Part shown: in pieces, positions 24,475-38,685 of the stretch | Layout: every line of letters begins with the position of its first letter | Numbering within the stretch: the first letter of the stretch is position 1 | Source of the DNA: Pristiophorus japonicus | Taxonomy: Eukaryota | DNA length: 64,000 bases | Assembly (NCBI RefSeq): GCF_044704955.1 | Contig: NC_091984.1 | Location: 148,490,001-148,554,000, forward strand | Direction of reading: 5' to 3' | Notes under the pieces: model-generated | What the model saw: the letters and a program-made list of their open reading frames with translations, nothing else | Told to the model about the DNA's origin: nothing | Database searches by the model: none | Program-made: the position numbers and the translations under genes

Positions 24475-27400
24475 GACTTGTAATGGGTGATTTTAACCTC
24501 CCTATTGATGGGACAAATCAAATTGGTCAGGGTAGCGTTGAAGAAGAGTTCATAGAGTGCATAAGGGATGGGTTCCTTGAGCAGTCTGTAACGGACCCAA
24601 CTATGGGGCAGGCTATCTTAGATCTGGTCCTGTGTAATGAGGCAGGATTAATAAACAATCTCCCAGTAAAGGATCCCCTTGCAATGAGTGATCATAGCAT
24701 GGTTGAATTTCAAGTTCAGATGCAGAGTGAGAAAGTTGAATTTCTAACCAGCGTACTAAGCTTAAATAATGGAGACTACAAAGGTATGAGGGCAGAGTTG
24801 GCTAAAGTGGACTGGGAAAATAGATTAAAGTGTAGGATGGTGGATGAACATTGGTGTACATTTAAGGAGGTATTTCACAACTCTTGAAAAATATATTCCA
24901 GTGAGGAGGAAAGGGTGTGAAAGAAAAGATAGCCATCCGTCGCTCGCGAAAGAAATAAAGGATGATATCTAATTAAAAACAAGGGCATACAAAGTGACCA
25001 AAACTCATGGAAGGACAAAAGATTGTGAAGCTTTTAAAAGTCAGCAAAGAATGACCAAAAAAATAAACAAGAAAGGAAAGATGAAAGTAAGCTAGCACAA
25101 AATTTAAAAACAGTTAGCAAGAGTTTCTCCAGGTATATAAAAAGGAAAAGAGTGGCTAAAATAAATGTTGGCCCCTTAGAGGATGAGACTGGGGAATTAG
25201 TGATGGGGAACATGGAGATGGCAGAAACTCTGAACAAATATTTTGTAGCAGTCTTTACGGTAGAGGACACTAACAATATTCCGACAGTGGATAGTCAGTG
25301 GATAGTGGGGGGAGGAACTGAACACAATCACAATCACTAAGGAGGTGGTACTCAGTAAGATAATGTGACAAAAGGCGGATAAATCCCCTGGACCTGATGG
25401 CTTGCATCCTAGAGTCTTCAGAGAAGTAGCGAAAGCGATAGTGGATGCATTGGTTGTAATTTACCAAAATTCCTGGGGAGTTCTGGGGAGATCCCAGCAG
25501 ATTCAAAAACTGCAAGTGTAATGCCTCTAATGATAAAAAGGATGCAGACAAAAATCAGGAAACTATAGACCAGTTAGCCTAACATCTGGAGATGGGGAAA
25601 TATTGGAGTCCATTATTAAAGAAGCAGTAGCAGGACATTTGGAAAAACATAATTCAGTCAGGCAGAGTCAGAATAGATTTATGAAGGAGAAGTCAAGTTT
25701 GACAAATTTGCTGGACTTCTTTGAGGATGTAACAAGCAGGGTGGATAAAGGGGAACCAGTGGATATAGAAACATAGAAACATAGAAAATAGGTGCAGGAG
25801 CAGGCCATTCAGCCCTTCTAGCCTGCACTGCCATTCAATGAGTTCATGGATGAACATGAAACTTCAGTACCCCCTTCCTGCTTTCTCGCCATACCCCTTG
25901 ATCCCCCGAGTAGTAAGGACTTCATCTAACTCCCTTTTGAATATATTTAATGAATTGGCCCCAACCACTTTCTGTGGCAGAGAATTCCACAGGTTCACCA
26001 CTCTCTGGGTGAAGAAGTCTCTCCTCATCTCGGTCCTAAATGGCTTACCCCTTATCCTTAGACTGTGACCCCTGGTTCTGGACTTCCCCAACATTGGGAA
26101 CATTCTTCCTGCATCTAACCTGTCTAAACACGTCAGAATTTTGAAAGTTTCTATGAGGTCCCCTCTCATTCTTCTGAACTCCAGTGAATACAAGCCCAGT
26201 TGATCCAGTCTTTCTTGATAGGTCAGTCCCACCATCCCGGGAATCAGTCTGGTGAATCTTCGCTGCACTCCCTCAATAGCAAGAATGTCCTTCCTCAAGT
26301 TAGGAGACCAAAATTGAACACAATGCTCCAGGTGTGGCCTCACCAAGGCTCTGTACAACTGTAGCAACACCTCCCTGCCCCTGTACTCAAATCTCCTCGC
26401 TATGAAGGCCAACATGCCATTTGCTTTCTTAACCGCCTGCTGTACCTGCATGCCAACCTTCAATGACTGATGTACCATGACACCCAGGTCTCGTTGCACC
26501 TCCCCTTTTCCTAATCTGTCACCATTCAGATAATAGGCTGTCTCTCTGTTTTTACCACCAAAGTGAATAACCTCACATTTATCCACATTATACTTCATCT
26601 GCCATGCATTTGCTCACTCACCTCACCTATCCAAGTCACTCTGCAGCCTCATAGCATCCTCCTCGCAGCTCACTCTGTCACCCAACTTCGTGTCAACCGC
26701 AAATTTGGAGATACTACATTTAATCCCCTCGTCTAAATCATTAATGTACAATATACATGTGGTGTATTTGGATTTCCAGAATGCATTTTACAAGGTGCCA
26801 CATAAAAGGCACAAGATAAAAGTTCATGAGGGAGGGGGAGGTAATATATTAGCAGGATAGAGGATTGACTAACTAACTGAAAACAGAGGGTCGGGATAAA
26901 TCGTTCATTCTCGAGTTTGCTAACAGTAATCAGTGCTGGGACCCCAACTATTTACAATCTATATTAATGACTTGGAAGAAAGGACTAATTGTAACATAGC
27001 CAAGTTTGCTGATGATACAAAGATAGGAGGAAAAGCAATGTGTGAGGAGGACACAAAAATCCTACAAAAGGACATAAACAGGCTAAGTGAGTGGGCAAAA
27101 TTTGGCAGATGGAGTATAATGTTGGAAAGTGTAAAGTTACGCACTTTGGCAAAAATAAATCGAAGAGCAAGTTATTATTTAAATAGAGAAAAATTACAAA
27201 GTGCTGCAGTACACAGTGGGACCTGGGGGTCCTGGTGCATGAAACACAAAAGGTTAGTGTGCAGGTACAGGATCAGGAAGGCCAATGGAATCTTGGCCAT
27301 TATTGCAAAAGGGATGGAGTATAAAAGCAGGGAAGTCTTGCTACAGTTATACAGGGTATTGGTCAGGACACATTTGGAATACGGCATACAGTTTTGGTTT

Positions 27401-27930
27401 ACATATTTACGAAAGGATATACTTGGTTTGGAGGCAATTCAGAGAAGGTTCACTAGGTTGATTCTGGAGATGAGGGGGTTGACTTATGAGGAAAGGTTGT
27501 GTAGGTTTGGCCTCTACTCATTGGAATTCAGAAGAATGAGAGGTGATCTTCTCAAAACGTATAAAATTATGAGGGGGCTTGACAAGGTGGATGCAGAGAG
27601 GATATTTCCATTGATGGGGGAGACTAGAACAGATGTCATAATCTTAGAATAAAGGGCCACCCATTTAAAACTGAGATGAGGAGGAATTTCTTCTCTCAGA
27701 GGGTTGTAAATCTGTGGAATTCGCTGCCTCAGAGAGCTGTGGAAGCTGGTTCATTGAATAAATTTAAGACAGAGATAGTCAGTTTCTTAACCGACAAGGG
27801 AATAAGGGGTTCGGGGAGCGGGCGGGGAAGTGGATCTGAATCCATAATCGGATCAGCCACGATCATATTAAATGGCGGAGCAGGCTCGAGGGGCCGTATG
27901 GCCTACTCCTACTCCAATTTCTTATGTTCT
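24475..27930 (+). mobile_element. Degraded CR1 LINE containing a younger inverted CR1 (about 25764-26752, minus strand, (TTTCTATG)n tail)
   Basis: EN/RT motifs continue on both sides of the insert. The insert has a 244-aa open RT C-terminus. Confidence 0.9.
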
Positions 27931-28549
27931 AATCCTTCCCCCTCTCCAGCGCTCTCTCCTCCATCAAACACCATCCTTTCACCCAGGCCTTCAATCACCC
28001 TTCCTAAAGCCCCCTGAACCCACGCTCCCCTGTTCTTACAGCAGTGATGTGAAGCATCTTGAGACCTTTGGCATGTTAAAGGCACCAGATCAATGCACGC
28101 TGTGTGTGGATTTCGGGTGAGGACAGTGCTGGACACAGTGGTGAGGCCTCCTGCAGTCGTATATCCTGCTGAGAGGGTCCAGGCTTACACACCTGGAATG
28201 GGGAAGTGGGTGAAGTCGGAACGTGCTGTCGGGGCCCATGGAACTGGACCCCAGCATGAAGCCTTCCTCAGGAGAGGAGAGGGAACGTTCAGAGCCCTGG
28301 GCTCCATTTCCCATACCAGGCATTTCCTGTCCCAGTGAATGAATGAGATGCTAATGTTGTGCCCAGGTTAGGGGCAGTCTAGTGCTGTGGGCCCAGGTCT
28401 GCAAGAGGGAATTGGATATATACTTGAAAAGGAACAATTTGCTGGGTTACGGGGAAAGAGAGAGGAAGTGGGACTAATTAGGTAATTTTTTCAAGGAGTC
28501 GGCACAGGCACGATGGGCCGAATGGCCTCCTTCTGTGATGTAAGATTCT

Positions 28550-28790
28550 AGGCTGTGAGCGCGGTTCACAGTTTTCTCCCGTGTCATGAACAAACGTACA
28601 GCTGTGACAACCTCCCTCTTTCACTTCCTCTGTGGGTGAAGTTTCATTCTTCCGATCTGACAATCTCTTCAGTTATTTTTTGCACGGGGGATTTCTGCTG
28701 TGGTCTGTGTCTCTAATAATAACCGTCCAATCAGGCAGAATAACAGCAGCTCGGACCGGCTAGGACAGTGGACCCAGGCTCAGTGCTGAC
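28550..28790. promoter_or_regulatory. Candidate B-cell enhancer island
   Basis: E-box CAGCTG at 28599, EICE AGAGGAAGTGAAA (minus, 28619-28631), kB-like GGGGATTTCT at 28687, RUNX TGTGGT at 28699 and CCAAT at 28727. Confidence 0.45.
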
Positions 28791-30480
28791 CCTGCAACGT
28801 CCTCCTCACCAACATCTGGGGACTTGTGTCAAAAGTGGGAGAGCTGCCCCACAGACGAGTCAAGCACCAGCCTGACATAGTCCTACTCACAGAATCATAC
28901 CTTTCAGCCAATGTCCCAGACTCCTCCATCACCCGAGGTGGCGGCTCAGTGGTACACAGTCGGGAGGGAGTGGCCCTGGGAGTCCTCAACATTGACTCCG
29001 GACCCCATGAAGTCTCATGGCATCAGGTCAAACACGGGCAATGAAACCTCCTGCTGATTACCACCTCCCGCCCTCCCTCAGCTGATGAATCAGTACTCCT
29101 CCATGTTGAACACCACTTGGAAGAAACACTGAGAGTAGCAAGGACATAGAATGTACTCTGGGGCAGGGAACTTCACTGTCCATCACCAAGAGTGGCTCGG
29201 TAGCACCACTACTGACCGAGCTGGCCGAGAGGGGCGATGCTGACATTGCAATCCCAGGTACTGGAGGACTGGAGGACTGCAAACGTGGTACCTTTGTTTA
29301 AAAAGGGAGAAAGGGATAGATCGAGTCACTACAGGTCAGTCAGCCTAACCTCGGGGACGGGATAGGAGGAATCTTCATTGAACAAAACACGGATTAATCA
29401 AGGACAGTCAGCTTGGATTTGAATAACTAGATTGAATTTTTTGAGGAGGTAACCAGGAGGATCGATGAGGGCACTGTGTATGATGTAGTGTATATGGATT
29501 TTAATAAGGCTTTTGATAAGGTCCCACATAGAAGATTGGTCATGAAAGTAAAAGCCCATGGAATCCAGGGCAAAGTAACAAGTTAGATCCAAAATTGGCT
29601 CAGAGGCAGGAAGCAAAGTGTAATGTGTGACAGGTGTTTTTGTGACTGGAAGGATGTTTCCAGTGGGGTTCTGCAGGGCTCAGTGCTGGGTCCCTTGCTT
29701 TTTGTGGTATTTATCAGTGATTTAGACATGAATGTGGGGAGTATTATTAAGAAGATTGCAGATGATACTAAAATCGCTGTGTGGTTGATAATGAAGATTA
29801 AAGCTGTAGACTGCAGGAAGATATCAATGAACTGTACTGCAGCTGTCATGTATCCTACATGGCCACTGTTGGTACTATATCAAGATGTGCCATTAGAGGG
29901 CACAGCAGTGAGAGACTCGTAGGTTACCTGTACAGGCGTGCCTGACATAGTGTAAAAGGCAGGCCACCAGGTGTGATCCTTACTCTGGAGTTAACTAATA
30001 AAGGCCTAAGGTCACTCCAGTTCAAGCACAACACACTGCCTCGTGGAGTCATTGTTAGCGCATCTAAGCACACAACAGCAGCATTTTGTAATCTCTGCCC
30101 ATTTAAATAATAATCTGCGTTTTTATTTTTCACATTATACTCCATCTGCCAAATCTTTGCCTACTCACTTAGCCTGTCTATATCCATTTGCAGAATCTTT
30201 GCGTCCTCCTCACAACTTGCTTTCTCACCTATCTTTGTACATCAACAAATTTGGTTACATTACACTCAGTCCCTTCATCCAAGTCATTTACATAGACTGT
30301 AAATAGTTGAGGCCCCAGCACTGATCCCTGCGGCACCCCACTAGTTACAGATTGCCAACCTGAAAATGACCCATTTATCCCGACTCTCTGTTTGCTGTTA
30401 GTTAGACAATCCTCTATCCATGCTAATATATTACCCCCAGCCCTATGAGCTCTTATCTTGGGCAGTAACCTTTTATGTGG
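28790..30480. mobile_element. Mosaic of LINE fragments (an endonuclease piece and CR1 RT pieces in both orientations)
   Basis: Motifs PDIVLLTESYL, GVLQGSVLGP and GVPQGSVLGP. Confidence 0.75.
29844..30077 (+). mobile_element. Gypsy-type solo LTR (234 bp)
   Basis: TGTCATG...CACAACA with a perfect 5-bp TSD GCAGC and an internal AATAAA. Confidence 0.9.
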
Positions 30481-31048
30481 CAAGGACGGCAGGTTTCTTT
30501 CCCTAAAGGACGTCACTGAACCAATTGGGCTTTTGTGACAATTTGACAGCTTTGTGGTCACTTTTACTGAGACCAGCTTTTTATTTCTAGAATTTAAAAA
30601 AGAGCTGAATTGAAATAGTCAAAGGGCCATGGTGAGATTGTGGGGATTATTAGTGCAGGCCTGTGGAGTGCTCTGCAGCAACATAACCACGACATGACTG
30701 TACCCACAAGAGGTGTGTGTGCTGCTGGTGCCCGCGATCACAGGGCAATCATCGGCAAAGCAGCCCTGATAACATTCAGCTTTGGCTTTACATTGATCAT
30801 TGTCCTGGATTGGTGCTGGGCACATCTCCTTGGGTTCTGTCCTCGGGTCTGGTGCTCACATTGTGCATACTATGGGGAGGTTGTGAGTGCATGATGTCAC
30901 AATCAATGTTTACAATGTTCCTGTCTTGATACATTGAGTATTCCCACCACTTCAAAGTTCTTGCCTTCAGTGTTTAATTAACAGTACGATTTCTTCGGAT
31001 GAGACATTAAACCGAGGGTACAGAGGAGATTCACGATGGTGTTGCCTG

Positions 31049-34000
31049 TGTTCTGCATGTAAACCTGTAAATACCATGTCTAAACACCAGAGGGCTCATC
31101 CTCTGGAGTTCCAAGGGATCCCACAATCCCTTGGGAGCACCTGCATATAAAGAGGCCTCACAGGCTGGAGAGGCACTCTGAGATCTGTAATAAAGGACGA
31201 CAGTCACACCTTACTTTGAGCTTGCAGTATCTAGTCTGACTCTTTATTCAAGACACAACAATTGGTGACGAGATACAGATGACAACGCAGAGAAGCGTGG
31301 GCATCCTGGAGGAATTTTCAGAGGGAGATGATTGGGAAATCTTCATGGAGCGACTCGACCAATACTTCATGGCCAATGAGCTGGAAAGAGAAGCGAACAC
31401 TGCTAAACGAAGGGCGATCCTCCTCACTGTTTGCGGGGCACCAACGTATGGCCTCATGAAAGATCTGCTCGCTCCAGCGAAACCCACAGACATGTCGTAC
31501 GATGAGTTGTGCACACTGGTCCGCGAGCAACTAAACCTGAAGTAAAGCGTTCTGATGGCGAGGTATCGGTTCTACACGTACAAGGCCAGGAAGTGGCAAG
31601 CTACGTCACCGAGCTAAGGCGCCTTGCAGGACATTGCGAATTTGAAGGACACTTGGAGCACATGCTCAGGGACTTCTTTGTATTTGACATTGGCCATGAA
31701 GTAATACTTCGCAAACTTTTGAATGTAGAGACCCCAAACTTGAGTAAATCCATAGCGATATCCCAGGTGTTTATCGCTACCAATGACAATACCAAACAAA
31801 TCTCTCAGCACACTAGTGCTGCTCCAAGTACTGTGAACAAAGTAATGTTGTTTTCGAATCGAAATGTACATGGCAGGACTTACACACCTGCAGCTGCACG
31901 TCTGCCGTTGAATCAGAGTCCACCATTAAGGGTGGTGAATATAAGGCCATTAACAACTTGTTGGCGCTGCGGGGGTGATCATCGTTTCCATTCATGTCAC
32001 TTCAAAGGATACGTTTGCAAGGGCTGTGGAACAATGGGACACCTCCAACACATGTGCAGGCGAGTGGCAAACCCTGCTAATCCTGCAAACCACCATGTTG
32101 CAGAGGAGGACAGATCCACAGTGGATCACGAAGAAACAGAGCCTCTGGCCAAGTAGGCAGATGTATATGGGGTGCACACATTTACCAAAAAGTTTTCCCC
32201 GATAATGCTGAAGGTTGACTTAAATGGACTCCCGGTGTCCATGGAGCTGGACATGGGCGCAAGCCAGTCCATAATGAGTAAAAAGACTTTCGATAAATTG
32301 TGGTGCAACAAGGCTTCAAAGCCAGTCCTGACTCCCATTCGTACTAAACTGAGAACTTACACAAAGGAACTGATTCCCGTAATTGTCAGTGCTACCGTAA
32401 AGGTCTCCTACGATGGAACAGTGCATGATTTACCACTCTGGGTGGTACCGGGCAATGGCCCCATGCCGTTCGGTCGGAGCTGGCTGGGAAAGATACGCTG
32501 GAACTGCGACGACGTCCGAGCGCTTTCTGTCCTTCGACGACACCTCATGTGCCCAGGTCCTAAACAAGTTCCCCTCGCTGTTCCCCAGGCATCGGGAAGT
32601 TCCAAGGAGCAAAAGTGCAGATCCATTTGATTCTGGGGGTGCGAACCATCTATCACAAGGTGAGAGCAGTACCTTACATGATTAGAGAGAGGGTGGAGAT
32701 CGAGCTGGACAGGCTGCAACGAGAGGGCATCATTTCGCCGATCGAATTCAAGCAGTGGGCCAGTCCAATTGTTCCAGTCCTCAATGGAGATGGAACCGCC
32801 AGAATCTGTGGCGATTACAAAGAAACTATCAATCGTTTCTCACTACAGGATCAATACCCGTTACCAAAGGCAGATGACCTATTTGCGACACTGGCGGGAG
32901 GGAAACCGTTCAGGAAGCTGGAATTGACCTCGGCCGACATGACGCAGGAGCTGGAGGAATAATCGAAAGGCCTCACCTGCATCAACATGCACAAAGGTCT
33001 CTTCATTTACAACAGATGCCCGTTTGGGATTCGATCGGTCGTGGTTGATACGTCCTTACTATACAGTATAAATGCACACGAGGCCCATGCTTGAGAGAAG
33101 GTCAGTCTGTGACCTGTCCTTTATTCCTTAGCACTCAAGTGATGAATGTGGGTGGAGCTTCCCCTTTTATACCTGAAGGTCCAGGTTAGGAGTGTCTCCC
33201 ACCTTGTGGTCATTGTTCTCACAGTGTACAACTTAGGTCAGATTATACATGGGTTACAATGCTGGTTGACATCACCGCCCCCGCAAAGTCTTATTGGGAT
33301 CACAGGTTGAGTCTCTCTGGTGGTTTACGCTCTCTTGTAGAGCGCCTGAGTTAGGGCTCTGGTTGTTGGGCGCTGGCCTGAGTGTCTGCTGTTTGAGGTG
33401 CCTCAGGCCTAACCAGACTGCCCACAGTGATTGGGCTCTCCTCCTTTTGGTTCCGGTGTTCGGTCACCTGTGGTGGAGTGAACTCGACATCGTGTTCTTC
33501 CTCTGCTTCTTCTATGGGGTTGCTGAACCTCCTTTTTGTTTGATCCACGTGTTTGCGGCAGATTTTTCCATTGGTAAATTTAACTACCAGAATCCTAATT
33601 CCCTCTTTGGCAATCACAGTGCCTGTGAGCCATTTGGGCCCTGCAGCGTAGTTGAGGACAAAAACAGGATAATTTACATCAATACATCGCGCCCTCGCAT
33701 TCCTGTCATGGTAGTCATATTGTGGCTGGCGCCTGCTCTCGACAATTTCTTTCATGGTGGGGTGAAAAAGGGATAGCCGGGTTTTGAGCGTCCTTTTCAT
33801 TCGCACCTCTGCGAGTGGAACCCCTATGAGCGAGTGTGGTCGGGATCTATAGGCCAACAGGAGGCATGATAAGCGGGTTTGTAGGAAACCCCCTTAGATT
33901 CTGAGCATCCCCTGTTTGATTATCTGCACTGCTCATTCTGCCTGGCCGTTTGAGGCCGGCTTGAACAGTGCTGTTCTGACATGGTTAATTCCATTACCTG

Positions 34001-37000
34001 CCATGAAGTCCTGGAATTCAGTGCTTGTGAAGCACGGGCCATTGTCGCTGACCAAGACGTCCGGTAGACCATGGGCGGCGAGCATTGCCCACAGACTTTC
34101 TACCGTGGCAGAGGCTGTGCTTGAATTTAAAATGACACATTCGATCCATTTGGAGTAGGCGTCTACTACAACCAAAAACATTTTTCCCATGAAAGGACCT
34201 GCGTAGTCCACATGGATGCATGACCAAGGCTTGGCGGGCCATGGCTAGGGGCTAAGGGGGGCTTCCCTGGGCACATTGCCCAGCTGGGCACACGTGTTGC
34301 ATCTGCGAACACAAAGTTCCAGATCTGCGTCTATCCCTGGCCACCAAACGTGTGACTTGGCAATTGCCTTCATCATGACAATGCCCGGGTGCTCATTGTG
34401 GAGTTCTCTGATGAACACCTCTCTGCCCATCTGGGGCATGACTATGCAGTTTCCCCACAGTAGGCAATCGGCCTGAATCGAGAGTTCATCCCTGCGCCTG
34501 TGAAATGGTTTAAATTCCTCAGGGCATGCCCTGTACGTGGCTGCCCAATCCCCATTCAGGACACATTTCTCGACGAGTGACAATAGCGGGTCTCTATTTG
34601 TCCAGACTTTAATCTGATGGGCTGTCACGGGTGAGCCTTCATTTCCGAAAGCTTTAACAGCCATGACCATCTCAGCAGCATGCTCAGTAGCCCCCTCAGT
34701 GGTGGCTAGTGGGAGCCTGCTGAGTGCATCGGCGCAGTTTTCGGTGCCCGGTCTGTGCCGAATTGTATAGTCATAGGCGGCTAACGTGAGTGTCCACCTC
34801 TGTATGCGGGCCGATGCGTTTGCATTTATGGCCTTGTTGTCGGCCAAAAGGGACGTTAGGGGTTTGTGATCTGTCTCCAGCTCAAATTTCCTGCCAAACA
34901 GGTACTGATGCATTTTCTTTACAGCATATAAACATGCGAGCGTCTCCTTTTCTACCATCCCATAACCCCTTTCTGCTGGGACAGAAACCTGGAGGCATAA
35001 ACTACCGGCTGTAACTGACCCTTGACATTGACATGCTGCAACACACACCCGACACCATAGGACGACGCATCGCACGTTAACACAAGTTTCTTACATGGGT
35101 CGTATAGTGTTAACAGAGTGTTGGAACATAACAAATTTCGTGCTCTATTAAAAGCCCTTTCCTGCCTGTCCCCCCAGAACCATTCGCGACCTTTGCGTAG
35201 GACATGTGTAGCGGCTCTAGCAGCGTGCTCAATTTGGGAAGAAAGTTACCAAAATAGTTCAGGAGCCCCAGGAACGAACGCAGCTCCATCGTGTTACGGG
35301 GTCTGGGTGCTCTCTGGATCACTTCCGTCTTGGACGCAGTAGGGCTGATCCCGTCTGCTGCTACCCTCATCCCCAGGAATTCTGCCTCTGGAGCTAGGAA
35401 GACGCACTTCACCTTTTTCAGTCGCAGCCCTACCCGGTCCAGTCTGCGTAGCACCTCTTCCAGGTTGTGGAGGTGTTCTTCAGTATCGTAACCCGTGATG
35501 AGGATGTCGTCCTGAAAAACCACCGTCCCTGGAATCGACTAGAGGAGGCTTTCCATATTTCGTTGGAAGATCGCGGCGGCCGAGCGAATCCTGAACGGAC
35601 ATCTGTTGTACTCAAATAACCCCTTGTGTGTCATGATAGTGGTCAGCTTCTTCGACTCACTCACCAGCTCCTGGGTCACGTAAGCTGAGGTCAGGTCCAA
35701 GTTTGAAAAAAGTTTGCCACCGGATAGCGTCGCAAAGAGGTCCTCCGCTCTCGGTAGCGGGTACTGGTCTTGGAGTGACACCCGATTGATGGTGGCCTTG
35801 TAATCACCACATATCCTGACCGACCCTTCCACCTTGACCACCGGCACGATCGGGCTCACCCAGTCACTGAATTCGACTGGCAAGATGATGCCTTCCCTCA
35901 GCAGGCGGTCCAATTCGCCTTCTATATTTTCCCGCATCACATACGGCACCGCTCTGGCCTTGTGGTGTACTGGCCTGGCGTCCGGGTTTATATGAATCAC
36001 TACCTTGGCCCCCATGAAAGTGCTGATGCCGGGTTGAAATAATGAGTCAAATTTGTCCAGGATCTGTGAGCATGATACTCGCTCCACAGAGGAAATTGCA
36101 TTGACATCGCCCCATTTCCAGTTCATGACAGCAAGCCAACTCCTCCCCAGTAGTGCGGGACCATCCCCTGGGACAATCCAGAGTGGCAACCTGTTCTCCG
36201 AATCTTTGTGGGTCACGACTACCATGGCGCTGCCGAGCACCGGAATGATCTGCTTTGTTTAAGTTCGTAGCTGTGCGTCAATCGCCGATAATTCTGGCCT
36301 CCTGGCCTTGGACGCCCACAACTTTTCGAACTGTTTGATACCCATCAGGGACTGGCTGGCCCCCGTGTCTAGCAAATTGATACTGGGATGCCATTGAGGA
36401 GCACTTTCATCATTATCGGTGGCGTCCTGGTGTATGAACTGTGTACATGCTCCACATGAACTCGCTGAACTTCAGCTTCCAGCGATTTCTCCCAGCATTC
36501 ACTTCTGCAATTTCTGCAGGTATTTTGCTCATCTCTGCAAACTCCGGCTGAGTGTGTGTCTCCACACATCCAACATGAGCTGTTGTTTGAAACAAAAGGT
36601 CCCTTGCCAGTCGATCGTCCCTGACTGCCCCTGTGACTGTCCTTGAATGTGCCATTAACAAGTGTTGATGGCCCCATTACTGGCCGCATTGTCCCTTGCA
36701 ATGGTGTGAATCGACGTTCAGCTTGCCTCTGTCGAACTCCTCCTCTGGGTTCGACTACATGTTGGGTCATGCCCGATTGCCCTTGTCTGCGTGGAGAACT
36801 GTGTGCTGCTTTAACAATGTTGAATCTCTGTCCCAACCATTCCTTAACACAGTACCTCTCGTCTGTTCTGCTAGTGGCCATGCTCGCGTGGTTTAAATCC
36901 CAGTTTCTCGTCGCCATTGATACGTCCGTACTATACAGTATAAATGCACACGAGGCCCATGCTTGAGAGAAGGTCAGTCTGTGACCTGTCCTTTATTCCT

Positions 37001-38685
37001 TAGCACTCAACTGATGAATGTGGGTGGAGCTTCCCCTTTTATACCTGAAGGTCCAGGTTAGGAGTGTCTCCCACCTAGTGGCCATTGTTCTCACAGTGTA
37101 CAACTTAGGTCAGATTATACATGGGTTACAATGCTGGTTGAATACATGACAGTGGTGATATTCCAGAGGAACATGGAAAACTTGTTGAAGTCGGTCCGGC
37201 GCACCATGGTCTTCCAGGACGCTAGCTTGGTTACAGGTCAGGACACCTTCAAGCACCTGCAGAACCTGGAGGAGTTTCTTAGTCGGCTTAACCGTGTGGG
37301 GCTCAGGCTAAAATGCTCGAAGTGCATTTTCCTGGCGCCTGAAGTGGAGTTCCTGGAGAGAAGAATCGCAGCGAACGGCATCAGGCCCACTGATTCGAAG
37401 ACGGAGGCAATCAAGAATGCACCGAGACCACAGAAAGTGACGGAGCTGTGGTCGTTTCTCGGACTCCTGAACTATTTTGGTAACTTCTTACCAGTTCTTA
37501 GCACATTGTTAGAACCCCTGCACTCTTTACTGAGTAAAGGAGATGAATGTGTATGGGGTAAAAGCCAAGAAAATGCCTTTGTAAATGCTAGAAAATTGTT
37601 AGACTCAAACAAATTGCTTGTGTTGTATGATCCATGTAAGTGTTTGATACTAGCATGTGATGCATCGTCGTATGCCGTGCTTTACCAGTGCCGAGTTCAA
37701 GGAGTTCATGACCCGCAATGGGTTCAAACATGTCACACCTGCCCCATTCAAACCAGCATCCAACGGTCAGGCAGAACGAACAGTTCAAACAATCAAGCAG
37801 AGCTTGAAAATGGTAACTGAAGGCTCACTGTAGACGCACCTATCCCGAGTCCTGCTTAGTTACCGCAGAAGACCCCACTTGCTCACTGAGGTCCCTTCCG
37901 CTGAACTGCTCATAAAAAGGGCACTTAAGGCAAGACTCTCATTTGTCCACCCTGATCTACATGAATAGGTAGAGAGCAGGCGGCTTCAACAGAATACATA
38001 TCATCCTCACGCAAATGTGTCACGCGAAATTGAGATAAATGATCCTGTATTTGTGTTGAACTATGGACAAGGTCCCAAGTGGCTTCCTGGTACTATTTTG
38101 GCCAAAGAGGGGAGTAGAGTGTTTGTAGTCAAACTCTCAAATGGACTCACCTGCAGGAAACACTTAGACCAAACCAAACTCAGATTTACGGACTATCCAG
38201 AACAACCCACAAAAGACTCTACTTTTTTCGACCCTCCAACACACACACAAGTGGCAACCGATCCAGCGGTTGACCACGAAGCAGCACCCATCACCCGCAG
38301 CAGCCCAGCAGGACTCCCCACCCCCAGCAGCCCAGCAAGGCCAACTGTGCAGCAGCCCAGCGAGGGTCCAAAAATGACTCACTAAAACCAACATTTGCAC
38401 CGAGATGATCTACCAGGGAAAGGAAGGCCTCAGATCGACTCACATTGTAAATAGTTACACTATTGACTTTTGCGGGGAACGGCGGGTGGGGAGTGTTGTT
38501 GTGTATGTAACCCTGTAATTACCATGTATAACCACCAGAGGGCTCATCCCCTGGAGTCCCAAGGGTTCCCACGATAGGAGTCCTCACAGGCTGGAGAGGC
38601 ACTCTGAGATCTGTAATAAAGGACTACGGTCACACTTACTTTGAGCTTGCAGTATCTACTCTGATTCTTTATTCAAGACATAACA
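31049..38685 (+). mobile_element. Gypsy element inserted in a CR1. LTRs 31049-31260 and 38497-38685; split by a nested element; RNaseH-IN internally deleted at about 37675
   Basis: TSD GCCTG/GTCTG. PBS TGGTGACGAG. Gag CCHC knuckles, protease LDMG and RT FQD. Confidence 0.92.
33046..37151 (-). mobile_element. Nested Gypsy element. LTRs 33046-33271 and 36918-37151; gag largely deleted
   Basis: Perfect 5-bp TSD GTGGT inside the host RT. PBS TGGCGACGAG. RT FQDD, RNaseH and integrase DYAGP/SDNGP motifs. Confidence 0.95.

Noticed and set aside
28134-28165. Extra RSS at CACAGTG
   Set aside because: There is no nonamer at 12 or 23 nt and no adjacent V or J coding sequence.
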